A DNA stretch of 64,000 nt, from assembly GCA_025594325.1 (NCBI GenBank), contig JANHCV010000004.1, forward strand, positions 372,001 to 436,000, read 5' to 3'. The notes beneath the pieces were generated by a model. The model had not been told where the DNA came from and did not search any database. It was given only the letters and a program-made list of their open reading frames with translations. Numbering within the stretch: the first letter of the stretch is position 1; each line of letters starts with the position of its first letter. The DNA is from Blastocladiella emersonii ATCC 22665 (lineage: Eukaryota > Fungi > Blastocladiomycota). Position numbers and translations under genes: made by a program. Positions 47,639-60,100 of the stretch are shown in pieces.

Positions 47639-48670
47639 ATGTATCTGTCGTCGCTCGCGTCGCGATCTTGCCGCACTGTGCTGCTGCGGCAGCGCGGGGT
47701 CTTCGCGCCCGTCGCACTTCGCGGCATGGCGACGAGCACCGCAGCGGGAGCCGCGCCGCCATCAGAGCAGCCACCAGTCATCGACATCAACCTGTCCGCG
47801 TCGCTGCCCGCCGGCACCGAGACGGCCGTCGTCGCGTCGGCCGAGCCGTTTGGCCTGTCGCCCGTTGACCTCGCGACGCTCGCCTTCGACGCGGTCCACG
47901 CTGCGTCAGGGTGGACGTGGGCGCCGACGATCCTCGCCACGACGTTCGCGCTGCGCGCGGTCCTGACGCTGCCGCTCGCCGTGCACGGCCACCGCATGGC
48001 GCGGCGCATGGCGTCACTGCGGCCCGTCGCGCGCGCGTGGTCGTCGGCGATCGCGAACGAGACGCGGCGCGAGCTGCGCGCGGCGGGCGCGCCGTTCGAG
48101 ACGTTCCAGGCAGAGTACAAGAAGCGGTACGCGGCCAAGCTCGGCGAGCTGTACGCCGAGCACGGCGTGCGGCCCGTGTTCGCCGCGCTCGCGCCCATCG
48201 CGCAGATCCCCGTCTGGGTCGCCGCCTCGCTCGCGCTGCGCCGCATGTCGGGGACGGGGGCCGGCGAAGCCCTGGTGCCGTGGCTCCAGCATGTGCCCGC
48301 CGAGTGGGCTGCCGAGGCTGCTGGGTGGTGGACGTCGCTCGCCGCCGTCGACCCGACGTGGATCGGGCCCGTGGCCCTTGGCGCCATGCACCTCGCCAAC
48401 GTGCAGCTGTCGCTCCTGCCGGGCGTCGCCGGGCCGCCGTCGTCGGCTGACAAGACCAAGGGGGACGAGGTGGCGGCCGGGTGGACGCGGCAAACGGTGG
48501 TGGTCAACGTGATGCGCGGCGTCGGCGTGCTCATGGTGCCCATCGCGTCGACCGTGCCCATGGGCCTCGTCCTCTACTGGCTCGCGTCCGCCGGCTTCTC
48601 GCTCGCCCAGAACGTGGTCCTCAAGCTCGTCCTGCCGCGCGTCGCGCCCGTTCGCGAGGATGAACTCTAA
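47639..48670 (+). CDS. COX18: Mitochondrial Oxa1/YidC-family insertase, Cox18-like
   Basis: Arg/Ser-rich presequence; VHAASGWTWAPTILATTFALRAVLTLPL; AQIPVWVAASLALR; VPMGLVLYWLASAGFSLAQN. Confidence 0.8.
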   Translation: MYLSSLASRSCRTVLLRQRGVFAPVALRGMATSTAAGAAPPSEQPPVIDINLSASLPAGTETAVVASAEPFGLSPVDLATLAFDAVHAASGWTWAPTILATTFALRAVLTLPLAVHGHRMARRMASLRPVARAWSSAIANETRRELRAAGAPFETFQAEYKKRYAAKLGELYAEHGVRPVFAALAPIAQIPVWVAASLALRRMSGTGAGEALVPWLQHVPAEWAAEAAGWWTSLAAVDPTWIGPVALGAMHLANVQLSLLPGVAGPPSSADKTKGDEVAAGWTRQTVVVNVMRGVGVLMVPIASTVPMGLVLYWLASAGFSLAQNVVLKLVLPRVAPVREDEL

Positions 48671-48714
48671 ATGATACAAGCAACGATTTATGTATACCTG
48701 ATCCCCTCGAGAAC

Positions 48715-49819
48715 TCAGTAGAAGATGCCGCGCGTGCGGTGGATCGGGATATGCGCCATGTCCTCGGGATGCGTCTTGGCGTAATCCCAGAGGAAAAAGT
48801 CGAGCAGGACCGCCGTCGGCGCCTTCTCGCCCTCCTCGATCATCTCGACGATCCGGCGCCGCACCACCTCGACCGCCCACACGCTGCCCGCGCGGATCTC
48901 GACCTCGACGGGGTCGCCCGACGCCAGCCGGTGCGCCGGGTCCTGCAGCCGCGCCAGGAGTGCGGGAGAGTACTCGAGCAGGCCCAGGTGCACCAGCGCC
49001 TGCGGCACGCGGTAGTCGGCGAGCATCGTCAGCGAGTCAATGTCGCGGAACGCGCCCAGACCGGCGCCCTCGAAGCACGCCCACACGTCGCCGGGGAGGA
49101 TCTGCAGCCGCTTGTAGATGGCCACGCGCTCGCCCCGGTACGTCGTCTCGTCGCGGAACGTCGGGAAGTGCTCGAGAACGAGGCGCATCAGCGACTGCAC
49201 CGACCCGTTGGCCTCGCGGATCAGGTTGACGAACGAGCCGTTGAACCGCTACGTGGTTGGAGTGTGTCAGTGGTGCCCTGCGCGTGCGTCGGAGCGCACG
49301 AGAAAAGCGTACGGTCATGAGCACGTCGCCGGCCTCGCGAATAGCCTTGAGCCGCTCGTCAAACAGCGAGATCTGCGTGTCCGTCTCTCCGCGGAACACG
49401 CGGCGCAGCGTCTCCTCGCTGACGTCGCGCATGACCTTGGCCTCGGTGATCCGCACGCCCTCGTCGAGCGCGCGCATGATGGCGGCGCACAGGCTCCAGT
49501 ACCCCGTGTAGCGCTTCCCCTGGTACGCGACCGTGTACGGCTTGGTGTCGTCGTCGTGCCAGAACGAAAAGTTCATGAGGTCCAGGAAGAAGATGAACTC
49601 GGCGGCCGCGTCGTCGGCGACCGACGGGTGCAGCGGGTGCGTGCGCCACGTCGCCGGCGAGAAGCGCTGCTTGCGCAGACCCGCCAGGATCGTGTGCGCG
49701 GCGCGGTCGAGCGCAACGGGGTCCGACACGACCCGGACGTGCTCGGCGGCGGCCACGACGCGCTCGGTCGTGGCCAGGACCAGCTGCGACGGCGTCAGGG
49801 TGTCCAGAGACTGATTCAT
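48715..49819 (-). CDS. QNG1: Queuosine salvage nucleoside hydrolase (DUF2419/C9orf64), one intron ~49250-49308
   Basis: FFLDLMNFSFW; YTGYWSLCAA; YKRLQILPGDVW; DIDSLTMLADYRVPQ; EVEIRAGSVWAVE; DFFLWDYAK; IPIHRTRGIFY. Confidence 0.93.
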
Positions 49820-50594
49820 GGTGGGTGGGTGTGGTTCGCAGCTGCTGCGGGCGAGATTTATATAGGCTCGCAGCGCTGCGGAGATCTGGAGCCAGGGGGA
49901 CTTGCGCACGCTGCATCAGCTGATGCTCGGCGCGAGCTTCCTTCTCTCCGACCTCGTTGCTCTCTTTCCCTCTCCCTCGGACCAGCAATGTTAATTGCAG
50001 CACAACAATGTAACTGATTGAATCATGTCTTGGACTTCGTTTCCAGTGGCGCGAGCGCTGAACGCGCAGAACGAGAAAGACGGTCCACTCTGTCCCAACT
50101 CAAGATGGGACGGATCGTCAGCTTGAACGTCGAGCAGTGTGAGACTAGAGCTTTGAACGTGAAGACCACACCCCCACAGCCCCAGCTTCGTCGCACCGCG
50201 TCGCCGCGTCCTGTGCCGGTCGGATTCGACACCTCGGGTCTTCCTGACGGCATGAACACTCGCACGTCGGTTGCTCGACGCACTTTCCCTTGATATCGGC
50301 GACTTGCGTTTTCGGCCAAGCTAGCAGTCGGGTCTCACTCGCTGTGCCTCGCCGACCTGTAATCGTGACGCTGAATCTCAGACCAGAGCGTGCATAACAG
50401 CCTCAAGAGAGAAGTCTCCTCGCCCTTCGCTCGTCGGAAATGGGCTGGGCAAACGCAGTGTGACGCACACCCTTTACCTCCTCGAGTGCGCGAGCCAGAA
50501 TCGCTCCCCTCCAGCGGGCCATCAACGCGTCAGCGCAGCACATCATGGGGGATGTGCAACTCTGCATCCGCCAAAGATGAGCTCACGCCGCATA

Positions 50595-50699
50595 CGTGGA
50601 ACGAGTCCGAGCTGGCGCCGCCTGCGTGGAGCGAGTCTAAGCTCGCGCTGCCTCCGTGGAGCAAGTCTGAGCTCGCGCCGCCCGCGTGGAGCGAATCCA
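50595..50699 (+). repeat. 30-bp minisatellite, ~3.5 units
   Basis: cgtgga(a/g)cgagtc.gagct.gcgc.gcc.. units; reads WNESELAPPA/WSESKLALPP/WSKSELAPPA/WSES in ORF 50390..50779. Confidence 0.85.
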
Positions 50700-50972
50700 G
50701 CGCCTTCACGCGGTCCCGCGCCTCGCTGTTCAGTTGTGTTCCATTCAAGCTTGTGTTCATAAAAACCGCAGCCGCGTAAACGAGTGGAGTACCGTTCATT
50801 GTTGCGCTGTGGGGAGAACGAGAGCCCGAAAGGCGAGGGGGAAACCTTGGCGCGGAGGCGCCGCGCGGAGGTCACACCGCGTGGACGCGCGACGACCGCG
50901 ACGCGCGGCCGCGCTTTCACGCTCCCACCGCGCTCCCACCGAGCTCGACCCTCCCACACCGCCCAAAGCACA

Positions 50973-53274
50973 ATGAAAGCTAATGCAAAGAAACTGGCAA
51001 ATTTATGGAAACCTTGGGACGGCTCCCTTAGCTTCTTCCCTACCGGTTCTGGCACGGACCGCAATCCCGACTACTTGACCGACTTGTCTGAGTCGAGCGA
51101 CGCCGAGACCGACTATGCAGCCCCGAAATTCAGCTCAAACCATAGCGTCGAGCCGGATTCCGAGGCGGATGAGTCCGCGGCCGCATCTTCCGATGCAACG
51201 GAATCGGAGTTCGAGGAGTTGGAGGCGGGCGAATCGTTGGGCGAATGGTTGGGCAGCGGCAGCGACAGCAGCAGCAGCGAAAGCGAAAGCGTCGGCAGCA
51301 GCGAAAGCGAAAGCGTCGGCGGCAGCGAAAGCGACGGCGAATCCGAGGTTGATGCCGCCAGCAACCGCAATGCCGAACTGGTTATCGTAACCGACAGTGA
51401 CAGCGATAGCCATCGCGAGGGCGATCACACCAAGGACGCCTGCTCGGTCCCAGAGACCGAACCAGGCGCAGAGCTTGAACTCGACGAAACGTTCGCTCCC
51501 GCCAAAGCGTGTGGTCGAGGCTTCTGGTACATTCCCAAGTCGACTTTTCAAGATTCCCTCGGCAGGCCGTGCATTTGCACCGACTCGCTTCCCCAAACTC
51601 TGCTTCGCACCCAGCAACTCGGCGTGACTGGAAAGCAGTCGGACGTCTCGGTCGTGCTCCATGGCCGCACGTATCAGCTCCATCGCCTCATCCTCTCCCA
51701 GTATCCGTTCTTTGACCGACTGTTCGAGGACGTGTGGCACGCTCCAACGACTACAATTGGCGGGCGACTTGTGCTTCACCTCGCCTTTACACCGCCAAAT
51801 GCGGTTGGCCATGCGACCGCAGTCGAACGAGCGCTTCAGGCTTGGGAAACCGCTCTCGTCGTGATTTATGGCGGGTGCATTTCTGCTATCACGAGACGGA
51901 TTGTTCCCTTGCGGTTCCTGGATGTCGTAGAGACCGCGATTCACTTTGGTACGCCGTTGCCCCTGTTGCCTAGGCATAGAGCGAAACTGACATGCACGCG
52001 CCTCGCTGGACCAGGCCTTTCGGAATTGGAAAGCGCGTGCTTCAACTTTTTTGCTCAATGGCTCGCGTTGTCGTCAGCCTACAGCAACCCGATCAAAGCC
52101 CACTATGCACAATTTGTCGCCAATGTCTTGCGTTACTGCCACGATGAGCCAGGCCTTCCTTCGCCAACCAAGCTCATGCTTTCGACGGCAATCGCGCAGT
52201 TCCAGTTTCTCGGACCCCACCCGCTTACGCACGCTGTTTTGAAGCTCTGTCCTCGCAACCTTGTGTACCAGATTGTCATGACACCCGCGTTTTTTTCGCA
52301 CTCCGAGCTTGAGCGCTACGAATTCCTCGCTTTACTCAAGGTGCCACTTGGGATGATCCTCCTCGCCGTCCGCTTTCAATTGATTGCTCAAACTGAACAC
52401 CAGGCGGTGCTCAACTCGCCGCTTGCAACAGGGAACCCCGTCTTCCGCAACATCATCGAGTCCATGTTCTATGATTCTCTTGCGGCTTGGAGCGCGCGCC
52501 GCTCTGCCATCCTCGGCAAGGGCCCTGGTTCGATTTCCCTGCAGGGCAGTTGGACAAAACTTGACCTCAGCACTCTCTCGCGCCAAGCATCGCCTTTGAG
52601 CAAAATTTGCACCCCTGATGAGCTTGACCTCATGCAGGAATTTGCTTCCCGATTCAGCAGCGAGTGGACTGAGCTCGTCCTTTCCGTCTCCTGGTCGCCT
52701 AAGCTTACTGCTCGAGGCGCGACTAGATTGTTGACTGAACACGGTGCATCTGGAACCTCTTGGCTTGTCGCCTCACGAGTCTACACATACGGAGAGCGTG
52801 CGTTTTTCAAGGTTACTGTGTACGTTATTTTACTGCTGCGCTCCGAGGTGATGGATCGGATTTGACCCCAACGCGCACTTACGCTCCTTTAGCACCCGCC
52901 GCAGCGACGACCAGTTCGCAGAGCTTCGAGACACCAAGGCGGCTGCGATTCGGGACAAATCCCCTTATGCGCGGTTTCGCCTCACCACTTACTCTGACCA
53001 TCGCGTGCGCAGCAGCTTCCCCAAGGACGGCCCACTGACCAAACGTAGCTTTTGCGCACCAAGGAGTATTTTCGCTGGACAGCTTGGTTCGCATGTTGAC
53101 CCGGACGTGATCGTCACCGAGACCGTGACCGAGCCGTGGACCCCGCCTCGTCTGATTCACCGCGGATGCGGCGTGACCTTCGAATGCGATCGGTGGATGC
53201 CCTTGGTGGAGACGGGCCATGGCATGGAATTTCGTTTTGTCCTCGAGATACAGTGTCTCGACGTGCAGGATTGA
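50973..53274 (+). CDS. BTB/POZ-BACK-like protein (germ cell-less-like), paralog 1, with acidic Ser-rich N-terminus
   Basis: SDVSVVLHGRTYQLHRLILSQYPFFDRLF; LGPHPLTHAVL...FFSHSELERYEFL; likely introns 51949-52014 and ~52820-52891; last exon ends FRFVLEIQCLDVQD* at 53274. Confidence 0.72.
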
Positions 53275-53504
53275 TTGACTTTGTTTGAGTATATGACTAC
53301 AAGTTTTATTGTTTGTGTTTGAACGTGAGCGGTCGAGAGCGTGGACGCGTCTCGATGCCGTCTGCCACGCGCGTCAGAATCTCGTGATCGCAGATCCTCG
53401 TGACCGACGGAAAGGAGGTTACGGTTCCCGCGCGCGTGTGACCGCCCGACGTCTGTCTCGCTCGTTCGCCGGTCTAGCTGCCTGCAATCCCGCGATTTTC
53501 GACC

Positions 53505-55271
53505 ATGGAAGCTGATGCAAATCAATTCTTGCAATCTGGATCGCTCGCTCCCCAAGCCGTTGGTTGCGAGCCGCTCGATGCTCATGCAAGCTTTCGCGAG
53601 GCGTTGGCCCAACCTTGCTCATGCCACGCAGATCATCCCCCTCTGCTTCGCCACTCTTTGCGCGTGGGATCCAGCAACGAGCACTCGGACGTCACGGTTG
53701 TGGTCGGCGACAAGCATTACCCGCTCCACACGTTTGCGCTGACGCAGGCTGGGTTCTTCGACCGCCTTCTTGGCGAAGCCTGGTACCCGTCCTCTGCAGA
53801 ACCGAATGTGATTACTGTCGCACTTCCGAACCCCGACGATTCTTCCCTCGTTGCCTGGGAGACTGCACTCGTCGCGCTCTACGGGGGGTGCACGAGCGTG
53901 CTTCTCGCGCGTCTCAACCGCGAGCTATTTGTCAGAACGCTCGAAGTGGCCATGTATTTCGGTACACCTGCTCCCGAAGCACCCATGGTGTCACGTTTGC
54001 TCTGACACGCATACCCACTGTAGACGTTTTACCACTCGTTAACGCTTGTGTCGTTTACTTCACACGCGCTCTCGCTCAGAGTATGGCCGACTCGACGCTC
54101 TCAATCTACGATTTCGCACCATTCGTCGCCAGCGTCATGATATTTTGCTTCCAGCAGCCTATCCCTGCGAATGCCACTAAGCTACTCAGCCTGTCCATTG
54201 CGCTACTCGAGTTTCTTGGCCCGCATCCGTTTACACGCGCCGTTCTCCAAGCATGTCCGCCCGACCTCGTCGCTCAAGTTGCCGCCTCACCTCGGTTTTT
54301 CGCCTCGTCGGAGATCGAACGATTCGAGTTTTTGTGCAAACTTGGTCTGCCCCTCGGTTACATTTTCAGCGCTGTCCGCCTTGGCGGAATGTCAGCTGTC
54401 GATCGCGACCGCGCGCTCTCAGCCCGGCACTTGGCATCGCGCCCCATGTACCAAACGTTGGTGCGTGCAGCTCTCTACCAAGTGCAGGTGTGGGAGGTTG
54501 AGATCAATGACTCGGACCCGAACGCGTCCTACTTTGCGAGCAAATGGCGTCCGTGGGACAAGCTTGACCTCAGCGACTTTTCTCCACTCGATTCGAAGGC
54601 TGCCCGACTTGAGGGCGCTGAGAACAGCGCAGTCACCCAGAAAGCGCAATTGTTTGCTTCACGTCCCGAGCTCCAGCTCTCCTTCACGTGCACCTCTACC
54701 GCCGGCGCTCCAACCGTCTCTGAGCGCACCATGCTTTGGGCGGGGAGCCAGTGGACGGTGAGATTCCAGTTGGCCAATGACGGATCAGATCAAGTCGCAA
54801 CACTTTCGATGTCAGGCGCTCCTCTCAAAACTAGCGAGCAACGCGTCATTCCGTGTCACTCACTCACCAAACACTCCGTGTAGCCAGCGACGCCTTCTGC
54901 CGCCCATACCTGACCCTTACATGGACCTTCCCGACTGTCGTCGGAAGCCTCGCGCTCGGTGCCGCTTGGTCTGGTACGCGACGGCAACTGTGCCGAATTC
55001 TGGCGAAGCGTGTCTGGGTCAGCCTGAGGCGGCACTTGCTCGCCACGGGGAAAAGGCCATGTCCAACGACGCACCACTCGTCTCGATCGAGCAACCGACA
55101 GAAGGACCGTGGTTTGACTTGAAGGCGCTCTCGGCCGACGCGACCATCACGGTTCGTCCTGAAGTGCAAATGATCCCAGCGCCGCTCATCAACGGCAAGA
55201 AAGTGCTGCGGTTCATGGTCGTTATTCAGCTTCTCTCCCGCCCCGTGAACAAGAAAGCGAAGCGGTCCTGA
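53505..55271 (+). CDS. BTB/POZ-BACK-like protein, paralog 2
   Basis: SDVTVVVGDKHYPLHTFALTQAGFFDRLL; intron 53962-54023 at the same position and phase as in paralog 1; LGPHPFTRAVL...FFASSEIERFEFL; last exon ...LRFMVVIQLL. Confidence 0.75.
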
Positions 55272-55569
55272 ATATATTGTGTTTATTCACCGTTTTCGAC
55301 TTGAAGGAGGCCGCCGTGCCCTTGACCTCAGACTCGAGTAGAAAACGACATTAGCCACCCCTATTCGGATGGCTCTCACCTGACAAGCGATGGTAGCCTC
55401 GTCTTAAACCCAGTACATACAGATGGCTACACAGCGGGCAGAAATAGGAGCTGTCTCCGCTTTCGCGACGCGATGCGCCACTCGCGTGACGCGGCGGCGC
55501 CACGGTTGCCTTCCGACGCTCACTTCAGTTGGTTGCCGCTGTGCTCGCTGACCATGCGCGCGCGGCAGT

Positions 55570-55787
55570 ATCTACCCGCGCAACTGCAACGTGCCGGGCA
55601 ACTGCCCCGACCTGCAGGAGGCGCCCGAGTTCGGGTTCACGCGGTCCATCGCGTCGCTGCCGCTCGACACGGTGATCCAGCGGTACATGGACGCCGAGGA
55701 CCAGGTCATCAACTCCATGGCCATGACGACGACCAACATCACCGACACCACCACGGCGTCACGCCTGTCGCTTGCGCTGTCGGTCGA
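55570..55787 (+). pseudogene. Isolated fragment of the TmcB-like gene (homologous to 30513..30742, opposite orientation)
   Basis: NCPDLQEAPEFGFTRS(I/V)ASLPLDTVIQR(Y/F)MDAEDQVINSMAMTTTNITDTTTAS; roughly 90% nucleotide identity by eye, with a short internal deletion. Confidence 0.9.
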
Positions 55788-57122
55788 GAAGCTGGTGCGG
55801 CGTGGCCGCCTAATCCCACGCTTTCCAAGTCTGTCTGCTCACCACGGGCTCGTTGCGCTCAAGTTCATTGCCTAAGGCTCGAGAAGGGGCTCCAGGGCGT
55901 GATCCAAGGTCGCTGAAGTAGTTTGAGCGGGCGCAAAGAAAGCCTACATCCCGAGTTCACGATCGCGTCACTCTTCGAGCCGCTCAGTGGTTGACAACCT
56001 CCCGTTCGACGCGACCAACCGAGTGTACTCGGTGCGTTACTGCGTGTCGGATTAAGCGGCACCATGGAAACGGGCAAGGAAGCGAGTGCGGCGATAGCTG
56101 GCGACGAGGCACGCTGCACCCGCCATGTACGCGTCAGCGGGTCATACTCAAAGCACCATCGCTGCCGCGGCCGGCCCACCCGCCGGGCATGTGGCCGTCA
56201 GATGGCGAGTGGCCAGCTCCGTGGCTAGCTCGTTCAAGGAGGAGCGGCGCTCGCCCGGTTGTTGCTGGCGGCAGGGTCCTCGGACGGGCCGATCACACGT
56301 AGCGGACGGCGAGCTCCTCCGCGATTCACTCGGTCGCCGTCGTTCACCGTAGCGTCGGCCACCGAGCTCAGCTCCTCAGCGAGCAGCTGTTTGCTTCCAT
56401 CAGTTACATTGCACCAGGTTGCCGAGACCGCCGCGACGATGACGGCCGCTTGGAGGAAGGGCCCAGGTTCACATCTTGCACCATGGCCGGCCAGCGCGAC
56501 GAGCCGCTGGACGTGCGGTTGGTTGGTTTAGCGTCACATGAGCTGCAGAGCTGCGGTGCGCTGCCAACGCAGCGGCGGGGGCAGGGTGGCGGCGGCGGCG
56601 ACCGACCACGCCAGGCCGATGGCTAGGGAGGAAGGAAGGCAGGGTGGCCGATTTTTCTTTTTCCAGCCGCGAGGCTTTCGTCGCGACCGGGTCTCACCGG
56701 CCCTCTCCTCTCCTCTCTCTCCCTCCCTCCCCTCCCCTCCCCTCGGACGGCTGACGCATCGACGACCCTCACCCACCACGGGGCTGACGACGACGACGGC
56801 CCGCGGCACCCTGCACCGTGCCCTCCTGCCCCCGCCCTCGCCCGTGCTCTTCCCCTCGCTGCGCGCGCGCAACCTCTGCGCCGCCGCTGCGTTCATTTGC
56901 ATCGACGTCGGCTGCAGCGCCACCCCTTCGCTGCCGCCGCTCTCCCCCCTCCGTCCTCTGCGTCCTTGCCCCTCTCTTCTTGCGACCCCGTTGCTCGTAG
57001 ACGAGGTACGGGTTCTCTGCCGCGCACGGCCCAGGCAGGCAGGCGGTCGCTAACCTTGTCCTCTCTCCCTCGCCACCAGCGCATTCCACGCTCCTCGCAT
57101 ACTCGCACACTCTCCCGTAGCC

Positions 57123-60100
57123 ATGGCCAAGGCCGGCAAGAAAAAGTCGGCCGCGCCCGGCGCCGCCGTCGTGGACCTCGTCGACATTGACGCGCTGACG
57201 GCCGTCGCCGCGGCGCTGCAGCAGTCGGGCACGGCGTCGTCGCCCGCGGCCAAGTCGGCGGCCGAGGACGGCGCCCAGGCCATCACGTCGGCCCTGCACG
57301 CCGCCTACAATGCGTCGCAGCTCTACACCAACCTCGGCGCCACGGCGCTCGTCGCCGTCGCCCCGCCGCCCATGTCGACGGTGCTCGCCGAGCTCTCGGC
57401 CCCCGCCGTCCAGGACAAGTACTACAAGCGCTACAAGAACCTCAAGGCCGACCTGCTGCCCTCGCAGGTCGCCGCCGGCAAGGTCGCCCGCGGCGACAGC
57501 CTCCCGCCCCACATCTACGCCCTCGCCAACACGCTCTACTTTTCGCTCCGCCGCAGCGGCGTCGACCAGTCGGTCGTCTTCCGGTGCGTTTGCTCTCACG
57601 CTCACCGCACTCGTCGTTGTGAACCCTTGTCTAACTTGACCCGGTCGGTACACGCAGCGGCGACCCCGGGTCCGGCAAGTCGGTCCAGGCGCAGCTCCTG
57701 CTCGACCAGCTGTGCACGCTGTCGGGCAACTCGAAGCGCGACGAGCGCATGCACGCGCGCATCCGCGCCGCGCAGACGGTCCTGCGCACCTTCGGGTCGG
57801 CCAAGACGGCCGGCGGGCCCGACAGCACCCGCTTCGGCGGCTACTACGAGGTCCAGTTCTCGGACCGCGGCAAGCTCGTCGGCCTCAAGACCCTCGCCTA
57901 CGCCGTCGAGCGCGACCGCGTCGTCGCCCAGCGCATGGGCGAGCGCAACTTCCACGCCTTCTACGCCCTGCTCGCCGCCGCCACCACCGAGATGCGCCAG
58001 GCGTTTGGCCTCCTGCCCAGCTCCGTCTTCCCGTACCTCAACTACGGCGCCACCCTCGCCACGGGGCCCGGCGGCATGGACGACGCGACCCGGTTCGCCG
58101 CCGTCGCCGAGGCCATGAAGACCGTGGGCATCGGCAAGCGGTCGCAGCACTACGTCTGGAAGCTGCTCGCCGCGATCCTGCACCTCGGCAACATCCAGTT
58201 CGAAGACGACCAGTTCCACCATCAGGACAGCTGCGCCGTGCGCAACCGCGACGCGCTCGGGTTTGTGGCCGATCTGCTCGAGGTCGATTCGCGCTTCCTC
58301 GAGTCGACGCTGACCTCGCGCACCACGCTTGTCGGCCGCGACCTCGTCACCCAGCTCCTGACGTCGTCGGCCGCCGCCACCCACCGCGACAACCTCGCCG
58401 GCGTCCTGTACCACGTGCTCTTCGCCTGGCTCGTCGAGCAGTGCAACCGCAAGCTGTGCGTCGACGACGAGGCCGAGTGCGCCAGCTTCATCTCCATCGT
58501 CGACTTCCCGTCGGCCGCCTCGGTCCCGAACCAGTCGCGCGACGCGCTCGGCCACGCCCTCGCCTCCGAGAAGCTCGACGAGGTGGTCTTCCGCCGCCTC
58601 GCCGAGTACGGCGACGAGGAGCTGCGCCAGGAGGGGCTCCGCGTGCCCGCGACCCCGCTCGCGCCTACGGCCACCGCCGCCGCATCCGCGTACGCGGCGG
58701 CCGTCCGGTCCGACGACGCGGCCGCCGAGGCGCTGCCCGGCGACTTCATCAACCTGATCCGCGGCGGCAACGGGCAGGCCGGGTCCCGCGCGGCGCTGTT
58801 CCACGACATGTTCTCGGAGCACATCCTCAACATGGACGCGTACGAGCGCAACGCCGCCACGGTGCTCCGCGCGCGCACCCTCATGCGCCGCACGCCCAGC
58901 ATGAAGCGGCGCCCCGCCGTCGTCGCCAACTCGGCGTCCAACGACACGCTCGTCGAGTCGGGCTCGTCGCGCCGCGGGCTCTCGGAGCTCGCGGTCCTCG
59001 GGAAACACCTCGACGGGCTCGTCCTCGCGCTCGAGTCGACCCAGGTCAAGCCCGTCTTCTGCCTCGCGCCCAACCACGACGGGGCCTCGACCGCGTTTGA
59101 CACCAAGTCGGTCCGCGCCCAGGCCGCGCGCATGCAGCTCCCGGCCCTCGCCGCGCACATCCGCGCGCGCGGCGGCGACTTCACGGTCCGGTTCGACCAC
59201 GCGGCGTTCGCCGCCAAGTACGCGCCGCTGCTCGCCGACGGGGCCACGGCCGCGGGCGCGGTCACGGCGCGCGACCAGTGTGCGCGCGTCAAGGCCGCGC
59301 GCGGGCTCGCCGACGACGAGATGCACGTCGGTCCGCGGCTCGTCGTCCTGCGCGACGACGCGTGGGCGTTCCTCGAGACGGCGCTCCGCAAGATCGAGCA
59401 GGAGGCCAAGAAGCGCACCCGCTCGGGCGGACCCGTTCCTGCGGCGCACGACCGCCCGCTGTTCAACCCGAACGGCGGTGCCGACGCGCGCACCGAGTAC
59501 TCGTTCGAGAACGACTCGGTGTACAGCGACGGCATGACTGACGACGGGATGGCCACCGATATGGATATCGACGCCGACAGCGTCTACGCCGAGTCGATTG
59601 CCCTCACGGCCATGCCGCGCGGGTTCAAGAACGGCGGCGCCAAGTCCAACGACCCGCTGCTCAAGGGCGGGTCCGGCGGCGCGTCGGCGGCCGGCGGGTC
59701 GGGCGGCGATGGCGACGGCCAGGTGATCGAGGAGGAGCCCGTGTCGGGTGCCCGCCGCCGGTGGGTCGCGCTGACGTGGTGCCTGACGTGGTGGGTGCCG
59801 ACCTTCTGCCTGCGCCGGTGTGGCAAGATGGAGCGCGAGGACGTGCGCATGGCGTGGCGCGAGAAGACGGCCATCTGCATCCTGATCGCCATGGTGTGCG
59901 CGATCCAGCTCTTCTTCATCATCGGGTTCGGGCGCGTCGTGTGCCCGCGCCAGAACGTGCTCAACCTCAACGAGCTCTTCTACAAGAAGTCGGCCGACGA
60001 GCAGTACGTCGGCATCTACGGCGCCGTGTACGACCTCAAGGACTTTTACGACAAGACGTACCACACGCCCGAGCTGCTCGGCCGGTACGCCGGGCTCGAC

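Noticed and set aside
50595-50699. CRISPR-like array
   Set aside because: Units are contiguous with no unique spacers; eukaryotic context with no cas genes.
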